A DNA stretch of 63,983 nt, counting the filler, from Hyphochytrium catenoides (taxonomy: Eukaryota > Protista > Hyphochytriomycota), in assembly GCA_900088475.1 (NCBI GenBank). It is 6 parts of 6 records of this genome, joined end to end, with 100 filler letters (N's around TTAATTAATTAA, not from the genome) between each part and the next. Parts side by side here need not be neighbours in the genome. Positions count along the whole stretch, not along the records: positions 28,936 to 39,814 come from FLMG01001363.1; positions 39,915 to 54,396 come from FLMG01004262.1; 4 more parts are not named here. One strand, 5' to 3'. A program made the position numbers and the translations under genes. Position 1 is the stretch's first letter, and the number at the start of each line of letters is the position of its first letter. Positions 36,637 through 49,636 of this stretch are shown here, one piece after another. The notes below the pieces were generated by a model. That model ran no database searches. It was not told where the DNA came from and was given only the letters and a program-made list of their open reading frames with translations.

Positions 36637-39600
36637 CTTCCTTCTTCCCTCTCCCCGGTCTCCTCCTCCTCGCCTCCTGCCGTCTAGTCTTTCGTCATCT
36701 CCTGCTGCTTCCTTGGTTGTTCCTTTAATAAGTGGGAAGGGGTGACGAGCACGACGTGTGTGGTGCCGAGGAGGACGACGATGGAGGACAAAGCTGGAAG
36801 GAAGGAACGAGAACAAGAGATGCTAAAGAGAGAGAGAGAGCCGACGCGGGAGAGGGAAAGAGAAAGAGAGCGCGAGAGAGTGGAGAGAGGATAGCGGGGA
36901 CGAGAGAGAGAGAGCAGAAGAGAGAGAGAGAGAGAGAGCGGAAGAGAGAGAGAGAGAGAGACATTTTTCATAGTTTCCTGTTTTCTGTCAGAAGCAGGGT
37001 AACATGGGTACCCATTTGGGACCACTTGTTGCGTTGATAGAATGTAAGCTGAGAGGAATTTGTGTGGGTAGCTAACCAGGGTATGTTCATGATGTCCTCT
37101 TCTTCCCTCTCTTGTTGTTGTTGTCTTCCTGTTTCTCTCTCCTCTCCCTATCATTTTGTTAGTAGCAGAAGAAGGAAAAAGAAGAAGAAGAACGTGACGG
37201 AGCTTGCATCGGGGCAGCTAGCAGCAGGAGGAAGAGTTACGTGGAAGAAGAGGAGGACGGTGATGACACTACTACTACCAACAAGAAGGAAGAGAAAAAG
37301 AAGCCACGCCACAAACAGCTCCCGCTGCTGCTGCTGGTTGTCGGCGAGGATGATGATTGCCTGACCGAAGCCCCAGGCAACAGAAGGGAGTGATAAGTTG
37401 CTGATCATCAAGTTGATGTCTTTCTGCTGGTGGTGGAGAGCATCATCCTACCGGCTGCTGTTATTATCGACCATCATCACCTGCAGCAGCAGCAGTAGTT
37501 CTTCCTCCTCCTCCCATATCATAAACACCTCTTGCTATTGTTTATCAATGCCCAGCGAGTCCTCACGAGCGGTGGAGCAGTACTGTTAGAGTGCTCTTTG
37601 GGCACAATGAAGTGTACTGTCACAGTCCCTCGCCGCCCGGGTCTGTTGATGGTGAGGAACGCTGCTGCTGTGAGAAAATCTGTAGTAGAAAAGTTTACCA
37701 AAAAGGGAAAAAATTTACCGCCCATTGGTGTGTACTACTGAATAGCCTAGGATAGTTTACCTCAAGATGACAATGATCATCTGCCCAACCGGCCTAAAGT
37801 GTGGCGATGGTCCCTTTGGGCCCTCGGTCCCAGTGTATTATCTTAGCGCTAGCCTGACCTGACAGTACATTAATTCTACAGGGCCCACCTCGCATGGTCG
37901 GTCGGTCTTCATCGTGGTCCCCAACAAATGATGATGATCAGGACCGTTGGAGGCACTACTAGTTATAGAAATTTTGGTGAGCCTCTTCTAATTGTACTAT
38001 TGTTATCTCTTCTTGCTCCATACATCATGATCATCGTCACTATCATGCATCCTGGTCCTCCATCATCCCGTGCCTGTCCGACCCTGCTGTCTCCGACCTT
38101 GAGATCCGCCAACTCGATCTATTGAATAAATATATCGTCCACTTCTTTCAACTTCTTGCTTTTCTTCTTCATCTTCTTCTCCTGCTGCTTGTTCTATTAT
38201 GGACACCTTGCTATCAACCCTTGTTTGTGTTGGTCAGCAGCAGTAAATCTAAACATATTAGTCTCATTACTGTCCATTACTTAGATTATGGCTGAGGAGC
38301 AGAGCAGAAGAGTCACTCTGACCGTTGTTGCCTGACAAGGAAAACGATTGGTTATGCTGGAGGAGGAGGAGGTAGAAGAAGTGACGTCCTTACCTCCCGC
38401 TCCGTCCTCCACGTTGCTCACCCATCATACAATTACTTAAAGTACTATTATCGCGCGGCGGTTTGGTCACCGATGAATTGGAGAAATCCATCTGCATCGT
38501 TCGATGAATTGAAGAAATCCATCTGCTGCATCGTCTTCATTCTTTAAAAATTGTGCACTGATCCTCCTGCCGACCACCTCAGGAAGAAGAAGGCAGAAGA
38601 ACAGCAGAATGAAGAAAGAAGGTGGCCACTTACTACTTCTCTCCCAGCAGGAGGAGATCTCCTTAAGCTACTACTACTTTCTTGTTGTTGGTGGTGATGA
38701 CTAACTGACAACGAATGGTTATTACAGTCCGTTCATGTTAAGGAAAAAGCAGCAGACGGCAGCGGCACTTCTTGTTGCCTCCTGCGCTTGGTGGCGGATG
38801 ATCGACATAGTTAAGAAGAAAGCCCCAAGAAGAAGTTGGTTTAGAAAGGTGCTAGTACTCATCGTTATAATGACTACTGCTGCTGTGTGGTGTGAAGAGT
38901 AATACAAGCTCTTACTTGGCCATCGCAGCATCATCACCAGCGGCACTACTAGTACTTGTCTTAGTAGCAGTAGGCTCTCCTAGTTAGTGCACAGTGAGAC
39001 CTCACAAGCGGTGCTCTTACAGGAGGAGGATCTGCTCTGCTGGGGCCTGGGGCAGGCATAACTAAGAAGTAAGTACTGTTACAGTCCCTCGAACGCCGAA
39101 CCCCTTTCTACTAACAATTTCTGAGCTTGACCCCTTTCTAAATATTTCTATGGGAGTTTGGATAGACATGATGATTATCTGCAACAAATCGTAACTCGAA
39201 AGGGGTCCATAATCATAATTACTGTTGGAATGTATGAGCTTACCAGAAACACGTTCAACTGAAAAGGGCAAAACGTCGTCGTCATAGGGATGAAAGGGCG
39301 GTTAATCAATGTGGCCCTTTATTAATAACCAGACATTAGTAAGGAGTGCATAATCGACTACTGTTTGAAGAAGATAAAGAGATGCAAAAAATATGTACTA
39401 CGAAGCAACAAAAAAAGAGAATGGAGAAAGATAGAGCTAAAATAGGCCAAAGAGAAGAGAAGAGCAGAGAAGCTAGGACCTCACCTGGCCCCCACCACGC
39501 GCCGGGCATCATTGACCGCCGAAGGACGCACCACCGAGGAGGCGGCGGGAAGTTCAGATCGTCCTCCTCCGTACGTCCCCAATAATAATGCGATAGAGGA

Positions 39601-39814
39601 AGAAGTCTTGATCCTGCTCACCCACGGCTAGCAGCAGCCAAGAGGGCGTTTTTTCAGTTATAGTGTATGTCCATACAAACTTCCATACACATTTTTTTTG
39701 ACTCGCAATGGGGTCAAGCTGAAAAGACGTTCCTAGTTAGAAAGCAGGGGTGGGCAATTAGGGGCACTCTCTCAGCATTGGCCATAGGTTAAATTATCAC
39801 CTCCATAACTTTCT

Positions 39815-39914
39815 NNNNNNNNNNNNNNNNNNNNNNNNNNNNNNNNNNNNNNNNNNNNTTAATTAATTAANNNNNNNNNNNNNNNNNNNNNNNNNNNNNN
39901 NNNNNNNNNNNNNN
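39815..39914. other. Artificial contig-join linker
   Basis: N44-TTAATTAATTAA-N44. Confidence 0.97.
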
Positions 39915-40120
39915 AGACTGCGATCAGGGCGCGAGGAGGTCAAATCAGAAGAATCTGACATGGAAGAGAGGGAGAGAGACGAAGAGAGAGAACCAGCCAG
40001 TACGCAGGTATGCATGTTCTGTTGGAGAGACAGCTATACGCTTCATGACGAGTGAGGATCTCTCTCTTCCTTATCTCTTTTTCTTACAATTACCTATTAA
40101 TTGGAACAAATTCTCGCTTA

Positions 40121-40176
<56 letters not shown>

Positions 40177-42672
40177 CTTCTCATCATTCAGTGGGAATGA
40201 GGAGCTGTCCTCTCTCTCCCTGTTCTGGGAATCTCTTTCGGCTCCATCTCTGCGCCCTTGCTTCCTCTTCTCCCTCATTTTCTCTCTTCTGCCCAAATTA
40301 TACCACTTTCACTGTATCTACTTGTCTAGTCGGAGGAATAAACCCTCTCTCTCTCTCTCTCTCTCTNNNNNNNNNNNNNNNNNNNNNNNNNNNNNNNNNN
40401 NNNNNNNNNNNNNNNNNNNNNNTTCTCTCATGGAGCTGACGCAATAGGAAAGTTAGGCAGTCCCCGAGCCCGTAGGAAGCTGGAGAAAGAGAGAGTCCTC
40501 AAAGAGAGTATCCGACAGAAGATACTCCATGGTGTGAAGGAGAAGAGAGAAAGAGAAGGGAAAGAAGAGAAGCGAGAGAAAGGAGAGAAAGGAGATGGCT
40601 TGAGGGGCATCATGAGTCTCTTCTGGGAGCTAGATAAGCAGGAAGATCACGGTTATCTCGACGAGTTCAGGTGAGCTTTGGACGAAAGGGAGAAGGGAAA
40701 GAGAGAGAGAGAGAAAAACAGGCAGAGTAAGTCTCAATCAGTTTCCTTACCCTTCTCTTTCTCCTTTGCCTGTCTCTCGTTATTTGACTCTGAAGCTGAA
40801 CGGTCTCTTTTCTCTCTGTTTCCTTCCTCTTCCCTGTCTCTGNNNNNNNNNNNNCCATGTCACTGTCTCTCTTCTCGCTTCTGCAGATTTGCGAAGGTGC
40901 TGGATCAGCTCAAAAAACCTTTAACGGACGAAGAAGAGATTTTCCTCATAGATAACATTAGGAAGATAGGAAGCCCAAAGAAGATCCAGTACGAGAGACT
41001 GGGTAAAGTTTGTCTCTCTCTCTCTCTCTCTCTTTCTCTCGCTCTCCAACCTCTCCCAGGTGCCGGGTCTCTCTCTCTCTCTCTCTGTTTTCATCCCTCT
41101 CTCTCTCTTTCGGTCAGTCCCTGCCCTTAGTTTCCCTCCTCTACAATCTCTTCTCTCTCTCTCGCCCTGTTTGCCACAATCTCTTCTCTCTCTCTCGCCC
41201 TGTTTGCCACAATCTCTTCTTTCTCTCTCGCCCTGTTTGCCTCTGTCTCCTTACAGAATGCAGGATAACATAGCTAGCTTTTAACGTTGCATGCTTGCTT
41301 CTCTCTCTGTCTGCCTCTCTCTCTACCTCTTCTTCTCTCCTCCCTCCTTCCACCCCACACTCTTCTCTGTATATCTTCTTCTCTCTCTCACTCTATGCAT
41401 CTTCNNNNNNNNNNNNNNNNNNNNNNNNNNNGAGAGAGCTTCGAGAGCTGCTGCGGAGCATTGAGGGAGAAGCTGTGATGAAGGTTCTCTTTCTCTCTCT
41501 CTTCATTCAAACTTCGAGCCTACCTATTGCTGTTCTTCCTTCTCTCCTTCTCTCTCTTTCTCTCTTCGCCATTCCTCTAAACTCTACTCTTCCGTAAGCA
41601 GTCCTGCACTCAAGTAGTGCGACACGTAATCCGTTCTGTCTCATTCTTTTCTGTCTTTCTTTTCTGGCTCCGTTATCCACCTTTGTCCTTCTCTCTCTCT
41701 CTCTCTCTCTCTCCCTCTCTCTCTCTCTCTCTTTCTCTTTCTCTCTCTTCTCTCTCTCTTTTCTCTCTCTCTTTCTCTCTCTCTCTTCCCTTTCTCTCAT
41801 TTCTCTCTCTCTTTTCTCTCTCTCTCTCTCTCTGCTAGGCTTTCGAGGATCAGGATGCCAGGCGTCACGACGGAGAAGCGCTGGGCTGGCTCACGGACGG
41901 AGACTATGACATCGCCCTCGCCAATTGTGGAATCCAGCTCCCTGCGTCCGTCTTATCAGGAATGCTCTCAAGATTTGTGAGGAACGAGGCTGGCGCCGTC
42001 TCTTATAGGGACTTTTTGAGGCATTACGGCTTTAGTCGGACGCAGACTGCCGCGAGGAGAAAGCTGCTGAGCTCTCTCCTGCAGGGGAGAGAGAGAGGGG
42101 AGACAAGAGAGAGAGAGAACGGAGAAGCAGTAAGGGAAGAAGTGAAGAAGAAGCTAGCAACATTGGAGCACTTGCTCAGTGAAGCAGCCAAAGCAGGAAG
42201 AGAGAAGGAGAAGAGAGACAGCTCTACGGAGAGAACAGACCCTCTCTCTTCTCTCTCAGTCTCCCCACGGCCGAGCCCGAAGCAAAAGAGAAGAGAGACG
42301 CCAGCTCTAACAGGAAACGAAGGTGCGAGTCGGGGAGGCCGCTATCGCTTTTCACAAGCTTATTCTTACCTACTTGGCCCTTTCTGTCCCCGACTATCTT
42401 GCCCCTTTATTTTCTCTCTCTCTGTTTCTCTCTCTCTCTCTGTCTCTCTCTCTCTCTCTCTGTCTCTCTCTCCCACACACAGATACACACAGACACTCTC
42501 TCTCTCTCTCTCTCTCTCTTCATCGGCTTACGGCTTTCTCTTTTCTCTCTTATGTATCTCTGATCCTCTCAGGTATATACATATCGTTCTCTAAGCCAAT
42601 GTCGTTCCATGATATGCAGATCCTGCCTCTTGTTCTGTCTCGTTTTAGCTGTCCTTGACACACTCTCTCTCT

Positions 42673-42732
<60 letters not shown>

Positions 42733-43271
42733 GTCTCTCTTTCTTAGGTAGCTCAGCTATTGCCTATGTGGAGGAAGAACAAGTTATTGACTGTTTGAAG
42801 AGAGTCGGAGTAGATCTTGGACCGAGAGAGACCACCGCACTTCTTCTTCCTCTCTCTCACGACAGACTAGGGAGAGTAGACGTCAAGGATCTCCTGCAAA
42901 TGATCTCTTCTCTTTCTCTCTCCTGCACTTCTTCTCTCTCTGGCCAAACCCTGAAGACGGAGAGAGAAGTGGGACAAGAAGATATCCTTCTCCCCACACA
43001 AAGCATTAGGGAAAGCTCTCTCTCTCTATCTTCTTCTCTCTCTCTTGAAAGAGGCAAAAGACGGACTTCTCGGGTTCTCCTTGAGCTGGAAGAGAGACGC
43101 TTAGAAGCGGAGAAGAGAAACTTTGAGCTTCTGATGGAGATGATAGAGAGATGGAAGGGAATGAGACTCGAGGCAGACTTCCAAAGAGATCGTCCTCTCT
43201 CGGACGAGGGAGTCCTAAGTTTATCTTTGGGGCCCAGGATGAGCTGTGAGCTCAAATTTTCTCTCTCTTGA
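39915..43271 (+). CDS. EF-hand-like domain protein (5' truncated, internal N gaps)
   Basis: Exons give LFWELDKQEDHGYLDEFRFAKVL, AFEDQD...GWL...Y..AL...GI.L, FVRNEAGAVSYRDFL, HDRLGRVDVKDLL (degenerate EF-hand pairs). Stop at 43271. Confidence 0.65.
41143..41241. repeat. Intronic minisatellite, 33 bp x3
   Basis: ACAATCTCTTCTCTCTCTCTCGCCCTGTTTGCC repeated three times, one substitution. Confidence 0.9.
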
Positions 43272-44233
43272 GGAAGAGGAAAGCCGATGGAATGCTTCTT
43301 AAGGTTCTCTTCTCTTTCCCTTTCTCCCTCTGTGTCGCAGTCTCTTTCTCTGTCTGTGTCTCTTTGTTCCTGTCTCTCTCTCTGTCTCTCTCTCTCTCGC
43401 TCTCTGTCTTTCTCTCCGCCTCCTGCTTGCTCTCATTTTCTTTCTGTCCTCTCTCTCTCTCTCACTCTTTCGCACACACACACAGTCATTCACTATCGCT
43501 CGGGCTCCCTCTCTCTCGCCCAGCTTCTCCCAGATCTGTCTTTCTCTCTGCGGCTCGCTGGCAGGAGCGCTCTCATGTCTCTCCTGTCTTTTTCCTCTCT
43601 TCGTCAATCTCTCCTCTTTCTCAGCTCTCTCTTTCGCCTCCTCAAAAAGACAATTACTTTCTAAAAGCTGTAAGACGGAACACCAGTAGCGAGCTTCCTT
43701 TACTCTCATAAACAGTCCTTTCTCTCTCATCTATCACTCTCACCCCCCGCCCCTCTCACCAACCTGCACCAGAAGGAGAGAGAGAGAGAGAAAAGAGGGA
43801 GAGAAAAGAGAGAGAAGAAGAGAGAGAAAAGAAGAGAGAGAAAAAGAGAAGAGACAGAGATGAACAGCGGACCTCTACCCGTGCTGCTCCTGTTATCTAC
43901 CACGTCCTTAGGGAAGCAGCGCAGATGTAAAGAAGGGAGAGGGCTAGCGTTCTCTTCCCCAGCGCCCGTCTAGCCAACGAGGGGAAGAGAGAGCTGTAAG
44001 GACAGACTTCCCTGGCCTTGGGAGGAGAGATAGGAGACAAATTTTGAAAGAGTAAAAGAATGGCGAGTCTTTATTAGGCAAACAGATAAGGGCAATAATA
44101 TTGTTTCTCCTACTCCTAGCACGAGAGCTGACTATTAGGGACAGAGACCTCAAGAGGAGAGAGAAGAGAGAGCAAACGACATCGTCTCTCCCTCTCTTTG
44201 GTCCTCTTGTCCCCCGCTAGACCACCGACCAGC

Positions 44234-45589
44234 TTAGTCGACCTCCTCGATCTTGGGGCCAGAGTCTCCGCCCGCAGCGGAAGGACCAGGGCCGCCAGGA
44301 GCTCCACCAGGGAAGCCGCCAGGCATTCCTCCGGGCATTCCTCCTGGCATGCCGCCTGCGCCTCCAGCCGCAGCGTAGAGGTTCTGCAGGATTGGGTTGG
44401 CCACGCCCTCCAGAGACTTTTGCTTCTCTTCAAACTCTTCCTTCTCAGCGTTCTGGTTGTGGTCGAGCCAGTTGATGGTCTCGGTGATCTTCTTCTCAAG
44501 AGTCTCCTTGTCGGAAGGAGAGAGCTTGTCCTTGATCTTCTCCTCGTTGAGCGTGTTGCGGAGGTTGTAGGCATAGTTCTCGAGCTGGTTCTTGGCCTCA
44601 ACTCTCTCCCTGTTGGTCTCGTCCTCCGCCTTGTACCTCTCAGCCTCCTGGACCATGCGCTCAATCTCGTCCTTGGAAAGTCTTCCCTTGTCATTGGTGA
44701 TGGTGATCTTGTTCTCCTTGCCCGTGCTCTTCTCAACAGCAGAGACGTTCAGGATACCGTTAGCATCGATATCATAGGTAACCTCGATCTGAGGAACACC
44801 ACGAGGCATAGGAGGGATGCCGTCAAGAGAGAACTTTCCGAGAAGGTTGTTGTCCTTGGTCATGGATCTCTCTCCCTCGTACACCTGGATGAGCACACCC
44901 GGCTGGTTGTCCGAGTAGGTGGAGAAGGTCTGGCTCTTCTTGGTAGGGATGGTGGTGTTTCTCTTGATGAGCGTGGTCATCACACCGCCAGCAGTCTCCA
45001 GACCAAGAGATAGAGGAGTGACATCCAGCAGAAGCAGATCCTGAAGCTTCTCGCTGCTGTCGTGACCAGAGAGGATAGCAGCCTGGACGGTAGCGCCATA
45101 GGCAACAGCCTCGTCTGGGTTGATGCTCTTGCATGGCTCCTTGCCGTTGAAGAAGTCCGTCAGAAGCTGCTGAACCTTAGGGATACGGGTGGAGCCTCCG
45201 ACAAGGACGACCTCATGGACCTGGGACTTGGAGAGCTTGGCATCGCGAAGAACCTTCTCTACAGGCTCCATGGTCTTGCGGAAGTAGTCCATGCAGAGAT
45301 CCTCAAAGCGCGCTCTGGTGATCGTTGAGTTGAAGTCAATGCCCTCGAAGAGAGAATCAATCTCAATGTATGCCTGGGTAGATGAAGAGAGTGTTCTCTT
45401 TGCTCTCTCACAAGCGGTTCTCAGACGGCGCAGAGCTCTCTGGCTGCCAGTGATGTCCTTGCCATGCTTCCTCCTGAACTCCTGGACAAAGTAGTCAACA
45501 AGCCTGTTGTCGAAGTCCTCTCCGCCCAGGTGAGTGTCTCCAGCGGTGGCCTTGACCTCGAAGATACCCTCCTCAATGGAAAGAAGAGA

Positions 45590-45625
<36 letters not shown>

Positions 45626-46216
45626 GACGTTTCTCTCGCCTCCCTTCTTGTCAAGGCCGTAAGCGATAGCAGCGGCCGTAGGCTCGTTGATGATACGAAG
45701 GACGTTAAGACCAGCAATGGCGCCAGCGTCCTTGGTAGCCTGTCTCTGAGAGTCGTTGAAGTATGCAGGGACGGTAACGACAGCGTTCTTCACTTCCTTG
45801 CCAATGTAAGCCTCAGCGATCTCTCTCATCTTGACGAGAACCATCGCAGAGATCTCCTCAGGGTGGAACTTCTTGGTCTCTCCCTTGAACTGAACCTCGA
45901 TGACAGGCTTGTCACCAGGGCCGCTCAGGACCTTGAAGGGCCAGTGCTTCATATCAGCCTGGACCACAGGGTCAGAGAACTTGCGTCCGATAAGTCTCTT
46001 TGCATCGAAGACAGTGTTCTGCGCGTTCATGGCCACTTGGTTCTTGGCAGCATCGCCGATAAGTCTCTCTGTGTCGTTGAAGGCGACATAGGAAGGCGTG
46101 GTACGGTTACCCTGGTCATTGGCGATGATCTCCACGCGGTCATTCTGCCATACGCCGACGCATGAGTAGGTTGTACCAAGATCGATACCGACGGTCTCTC
46201 CCTTGACTGCCGACAT
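44234..46216 (-). CDS. HSP70: Cytosolic HSP70, intronless CDS
   Basis: [46 protein letters not shown] repeats, C-terminal GPKIEEVD. The true ATG is 46216. Confidence 0.99.
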
Positions 46217-46575
46217 TGTTCCGTGACTGAGTTTTTTTCTGAAGATTCTCTGGGTCTTTAGGAAGGTTGATAGCTTATGGCTCTGAACTTGACAGAGTTC
46301 GTGATGACGAACTTGCAAATTGAGATCTGACGGTGGAGAGCCGTCGAGGGGAAAGGCTGGTCGAGGAGAGAGCTGAGGGAGAAGCGAGGTGTGGAGGACA
46401 GAGAATCACAGCAGCGGGGAAAGTGAGGCGACTACCAGTAAAGAGGAGAAAGGAGATGTGGGAGAGAGAGAGAGAGACGAGAGAGAGACACGCAGAGTGC
46501 GAGAGAGAGGAGAGTGAGCGAGCGGGGAGAGGGAACAGAAAGAGACACACACACAGAGGGAAGAGAGAGAGAAAG

Positions 46576-46638
<63 letters not shown>

Positions 46639-46819
46639 CTTCCCTTAACATCGCAACAAACCCCACCACACACACAGCACGTCTAACAAACCTAACAACT
46701 TCTACAGCAGTTGTGTTTGGCACGTTATTCTATACGAAAAAGCATCGGTGGGTTTGTCAGATGTGTGTGTTTGGCAGGGCGGGAAAGCTGTCCTCTCCCC
46801 GTTGACAGGCCCAAAAGGA

Positions 46820-46839
46820 TTTCGAGATCCTTCTGGAAG
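46820..46839. promoter_or_regulatory. Heat-shock element (4 alternating nGAAn units)
   Basis: tTTCgaGATccTTCtgGAAg about 600 nt upstream of the HSP70 ATG. A second, weaker array GTCgaGAAgcTTCgtGAC lies at 47077-47094. Confidence 0.7.
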
Positions 46840-48684
46840 AAATACCAGTAATACGCCCCGGATGAGGCATAAATTACCCTTACAGTACCATGGCTATGTG
46901 GCGTAGTAATGTGAATGGGATTTGTGGTGGAGGACACAGCAGAACACCAGCAAACGGGTGGGACCTAGGGAGGCACCTCCACACCACACACCCTCGGCGG
47001 TCTTCACTTTTACATACTATATAATAGTCAGTTGGGGGTACCGATGTGCTACCTAGGTCTGGTGGGTTTACCCCTTGTCGAGAAGCTTCGTGACCAAAGG
47101 TTTTGCGAGTTTCTGGTGGATTTGTGGGTCCTTGGCCTCGCCTGTTATTATCTATGGGTGTGCGCCTAGGGCCAAGCGGAGAATTATTGGTGAGCAGAGG
47201 AACAGCCATAATGATTGACATGTGGGACCATACGGTTAATTTATAGGTACGTGAGATGTCTGAAACTGCATAAGGAATTTAGGAGCGGTGAATGACTAGG
47301 TGGATTGTGTGGCAAGAGAAAACTTATGTCAATGTAGTAGGACGAAGGCCACCGGCAGAGGAATAGGATAAGATCTTTAAAGTCTAGGCCTTTCAGTTAT
47401 CACAGTGACCCTGGCCGTTGCAATCCTTTTCGTGATGTGGCGCACTGGGGCCGCTGAGGATCTTTCTGGTCTCAAGGTCTCAAGATTTCTTCCAGACTCT
47501 GCAGACAGCAGGAGCTCTGTAGGAAGCTTCTGGCAGATCTGGGAACCGATGGCCCTGTAGATAGATGGAGGGAGAGGTGATGAGGAGGTGGGTTGGACAG
47601 TACAATGCATACGGGGAGTCATCTCTCTACTTGGGAAAGAAGAACAATAATTGAGAGAGGAAAAAGAGCAACAGCTGTACCTAAGGGACTACAAGGCACC
47701 GGAAGTGCTGAAGAGTGTCATCTTCAAAGCACGACAGTGAGGTTTAGCTCGCTATTGCATATTCAGAGCTGCACAGGCCGTGGGTAGTTAGTTGCCAAGG
47801 GTCTCCACTTGTGGATAACTCTTGCCTGCCACCATTTTGCTAACTCTAAAGCCCATTCCGTCCCGTCTTCTCTCTTTTACGACTCTTTGACGCACTTGTT
47901 TGAAAGTGAGAGATGTGTTGAAGGTACGACTCTCCGACGAGCACTATCACCGTCCTTCCTGAGCCTCAATGGCGACTACCATTCACTTTTCTCGTCGAAT
48001 AAGAGGGGAAGGCTTGCCTGAACCTGTTTTGCAATCCAGCTACAGCGTCAGGTTGGTATGTTGCCTACATAGTCAGCATGATGGCTCAGCTGCTGTCTTC
48101 TTAGAGTGTAAGGCCCCAAATGTCATAGTGGCGCAAGAGAATGGCCTTGTCCTCTGTCACGCTCCTACGTAGGCCCAGAGCAGTTGTGAAAGAATTCTAC
48201 TAGTACTAGAGGAATGGGCCCACCATACCCGAGAGCACAGGGCGATGTTGAGAGAAAGAACCATTCAGAGGCGGAGGAGAAAGGTAGAAGGTAGAAATAC
48301 TGAGAGGAAGTTCTTCTCAGAAGATCAAAGGCATAGGTCAACGTTAGGCATTCCATTAACCCGTAGAGCGATGGGTAGAGGGCTCTTCTTGCATTTTGAC
48401 ACTGAGAAGAGGGCTGACGAACCCTTGATTAGCCTCATAAATGACTTAGGGACAAAGCTTCCCCTCCTCCCTACATAATCTCTATGTACATCATCCTCTG
48501 CGCAAGAGCAAAGGATAGAGAACGGGGTTGGTCCTTCCAGTTGCTTCTTCCAGTCCAACGGGAGATTATTTGCCCTCGGGCGCCCTATTGGTCCCATATA
48601 CGGTGCCACTTGCTTGTCATCCTATGCCATCCCTTACCCACCGGTTCTCTGGTCCACTTAGCGTCGTTGCTCTGGCGGACGGCT

Positions 48685-49636
48685 CTAAAGCTTGGCAATG
48701 GCTGAGCCCATGAGATGCGGTCTGACCAGGAAGAGATCGATGGGAGCCTCGAAGCTCTCGTAAGAGATGGACTCAAACCGCCCGCTGCCGTGCAGACTGT
48801 CGATGTCAAGCCCAACGTCACGGAACGTGCTGCATAAGGTAGAAGCGGGAGGGCGTGAGGCCGTTTGGTTCCATGAGTTAGAATAGAGCCACATTCAGAG
48901 AACAGCCAGAGGCAATGCGCAAGAGGAAATAGCTCACTACCTGAGGGGAGAAGCATGGGAGATAGGAGAGAGAACGCGAATGGGGAGAAGAGACAACCAA
49001 CAAAACCGGCGTTAAGAAAAAGAGAAAACGCGCCGAGGACTCTCACCAGCCATCGCCGATGATCTTCCACACAGGCTCTAGGAACTTCTGCAACCCTCTC
49101 AATCTTGAGCTCTTATCTGCAGAGATGTGCTCCAGAAATAGCAGGCGCCCGCCGGGCCTCAGCACACGAGTGCATTCTGATAACACGGCCGCAGGGTCAG
49201 AGACAGAGCAAAGAACATGTGTTAGCAGCACAGCGTCGATGCTCTGGTCCGGGATCTCCTTTAAATCTTCTCCAAAGCACTGAACCACGCGCGTGGGCAC
49301 TTTGATCCCGCTCTTCTGGAGCCTGTCCGCGTAGTATGGCTTCATGTTAGCGTTGGGCTCAACGCCTGTCCAAGAGGTTATCTTAGCGTTCTTGGCAATA
49401 AAGGGAAAGTTTGCGCCTGTGCCAATGCCGATCTCAAGGACATCTCCGTGTGCTTCAGAGACAAGTTTCTCTCGAAGGGCCATGAACTTTTCTCCTTGCT
49501 TCTGACTGGACCAGTTCAGTAGCTTTGGGAAGTACCTGTGGCGGAGGTTGTCGTTCTTCTTTAGGATGAACAGCGTGGCGGCTACTGCCGCTGCTGCCGT
49601 GCCTGCTGCGGCGCCAACCACAAGGCGAGCGTCCAT
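48685..49636 (-). CDS. Class I SAM-dependent methyltransferase, METTL7/TMT1-like
   Basis: N-terminal hydrophobic anchor, VLEIGIGTGANF, GVEPN..M, VLCSV.DP, RVLRPGG.LLFLEH, DGC. Two exons; the second ends RPHLMGSAIAKL*. Confidence 0.92.

Noticed and set aside
39169-39262. Box C (ATGATGA) ... box D (CTGA) candidates here and at 16769-16918
   Set aside because: No recognisable rRNA-complementary guide and no terminal stem adjacent to the boxes.
33597-39814. RuvC gene as a Fanzor/TnpB RNA-guided nuclease with adjacent ncRNA
   Set aside because: The D-E spacing of about 60 aa and the terminal DxxD fit a stand-alone resolvase. There is no zinc finger, no long REC/WED region and no element ends, and the gene has six introns.
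44198-46165. Long antisense ORFs (271 and 233 aa) opposite HSP70
   Set aside because: Known by-product of HSP70 codon bias; they are interrupted by stops and show no independent domain signal.
47200-48610. Possible gene between HSP70 and the methyltransferase
   Set aside because: Splice-like sites exist, but I could not build a consistent open frame or find a motif.
49043-49048. TGA right after GDGW in the methyltransferase as selenocysteine or readthrough
   Set aside because: The TGA lies inside the intron donor (TG|GTGAG); splicing restores DGC. No conserved gene here needs stop-codon reassignment.
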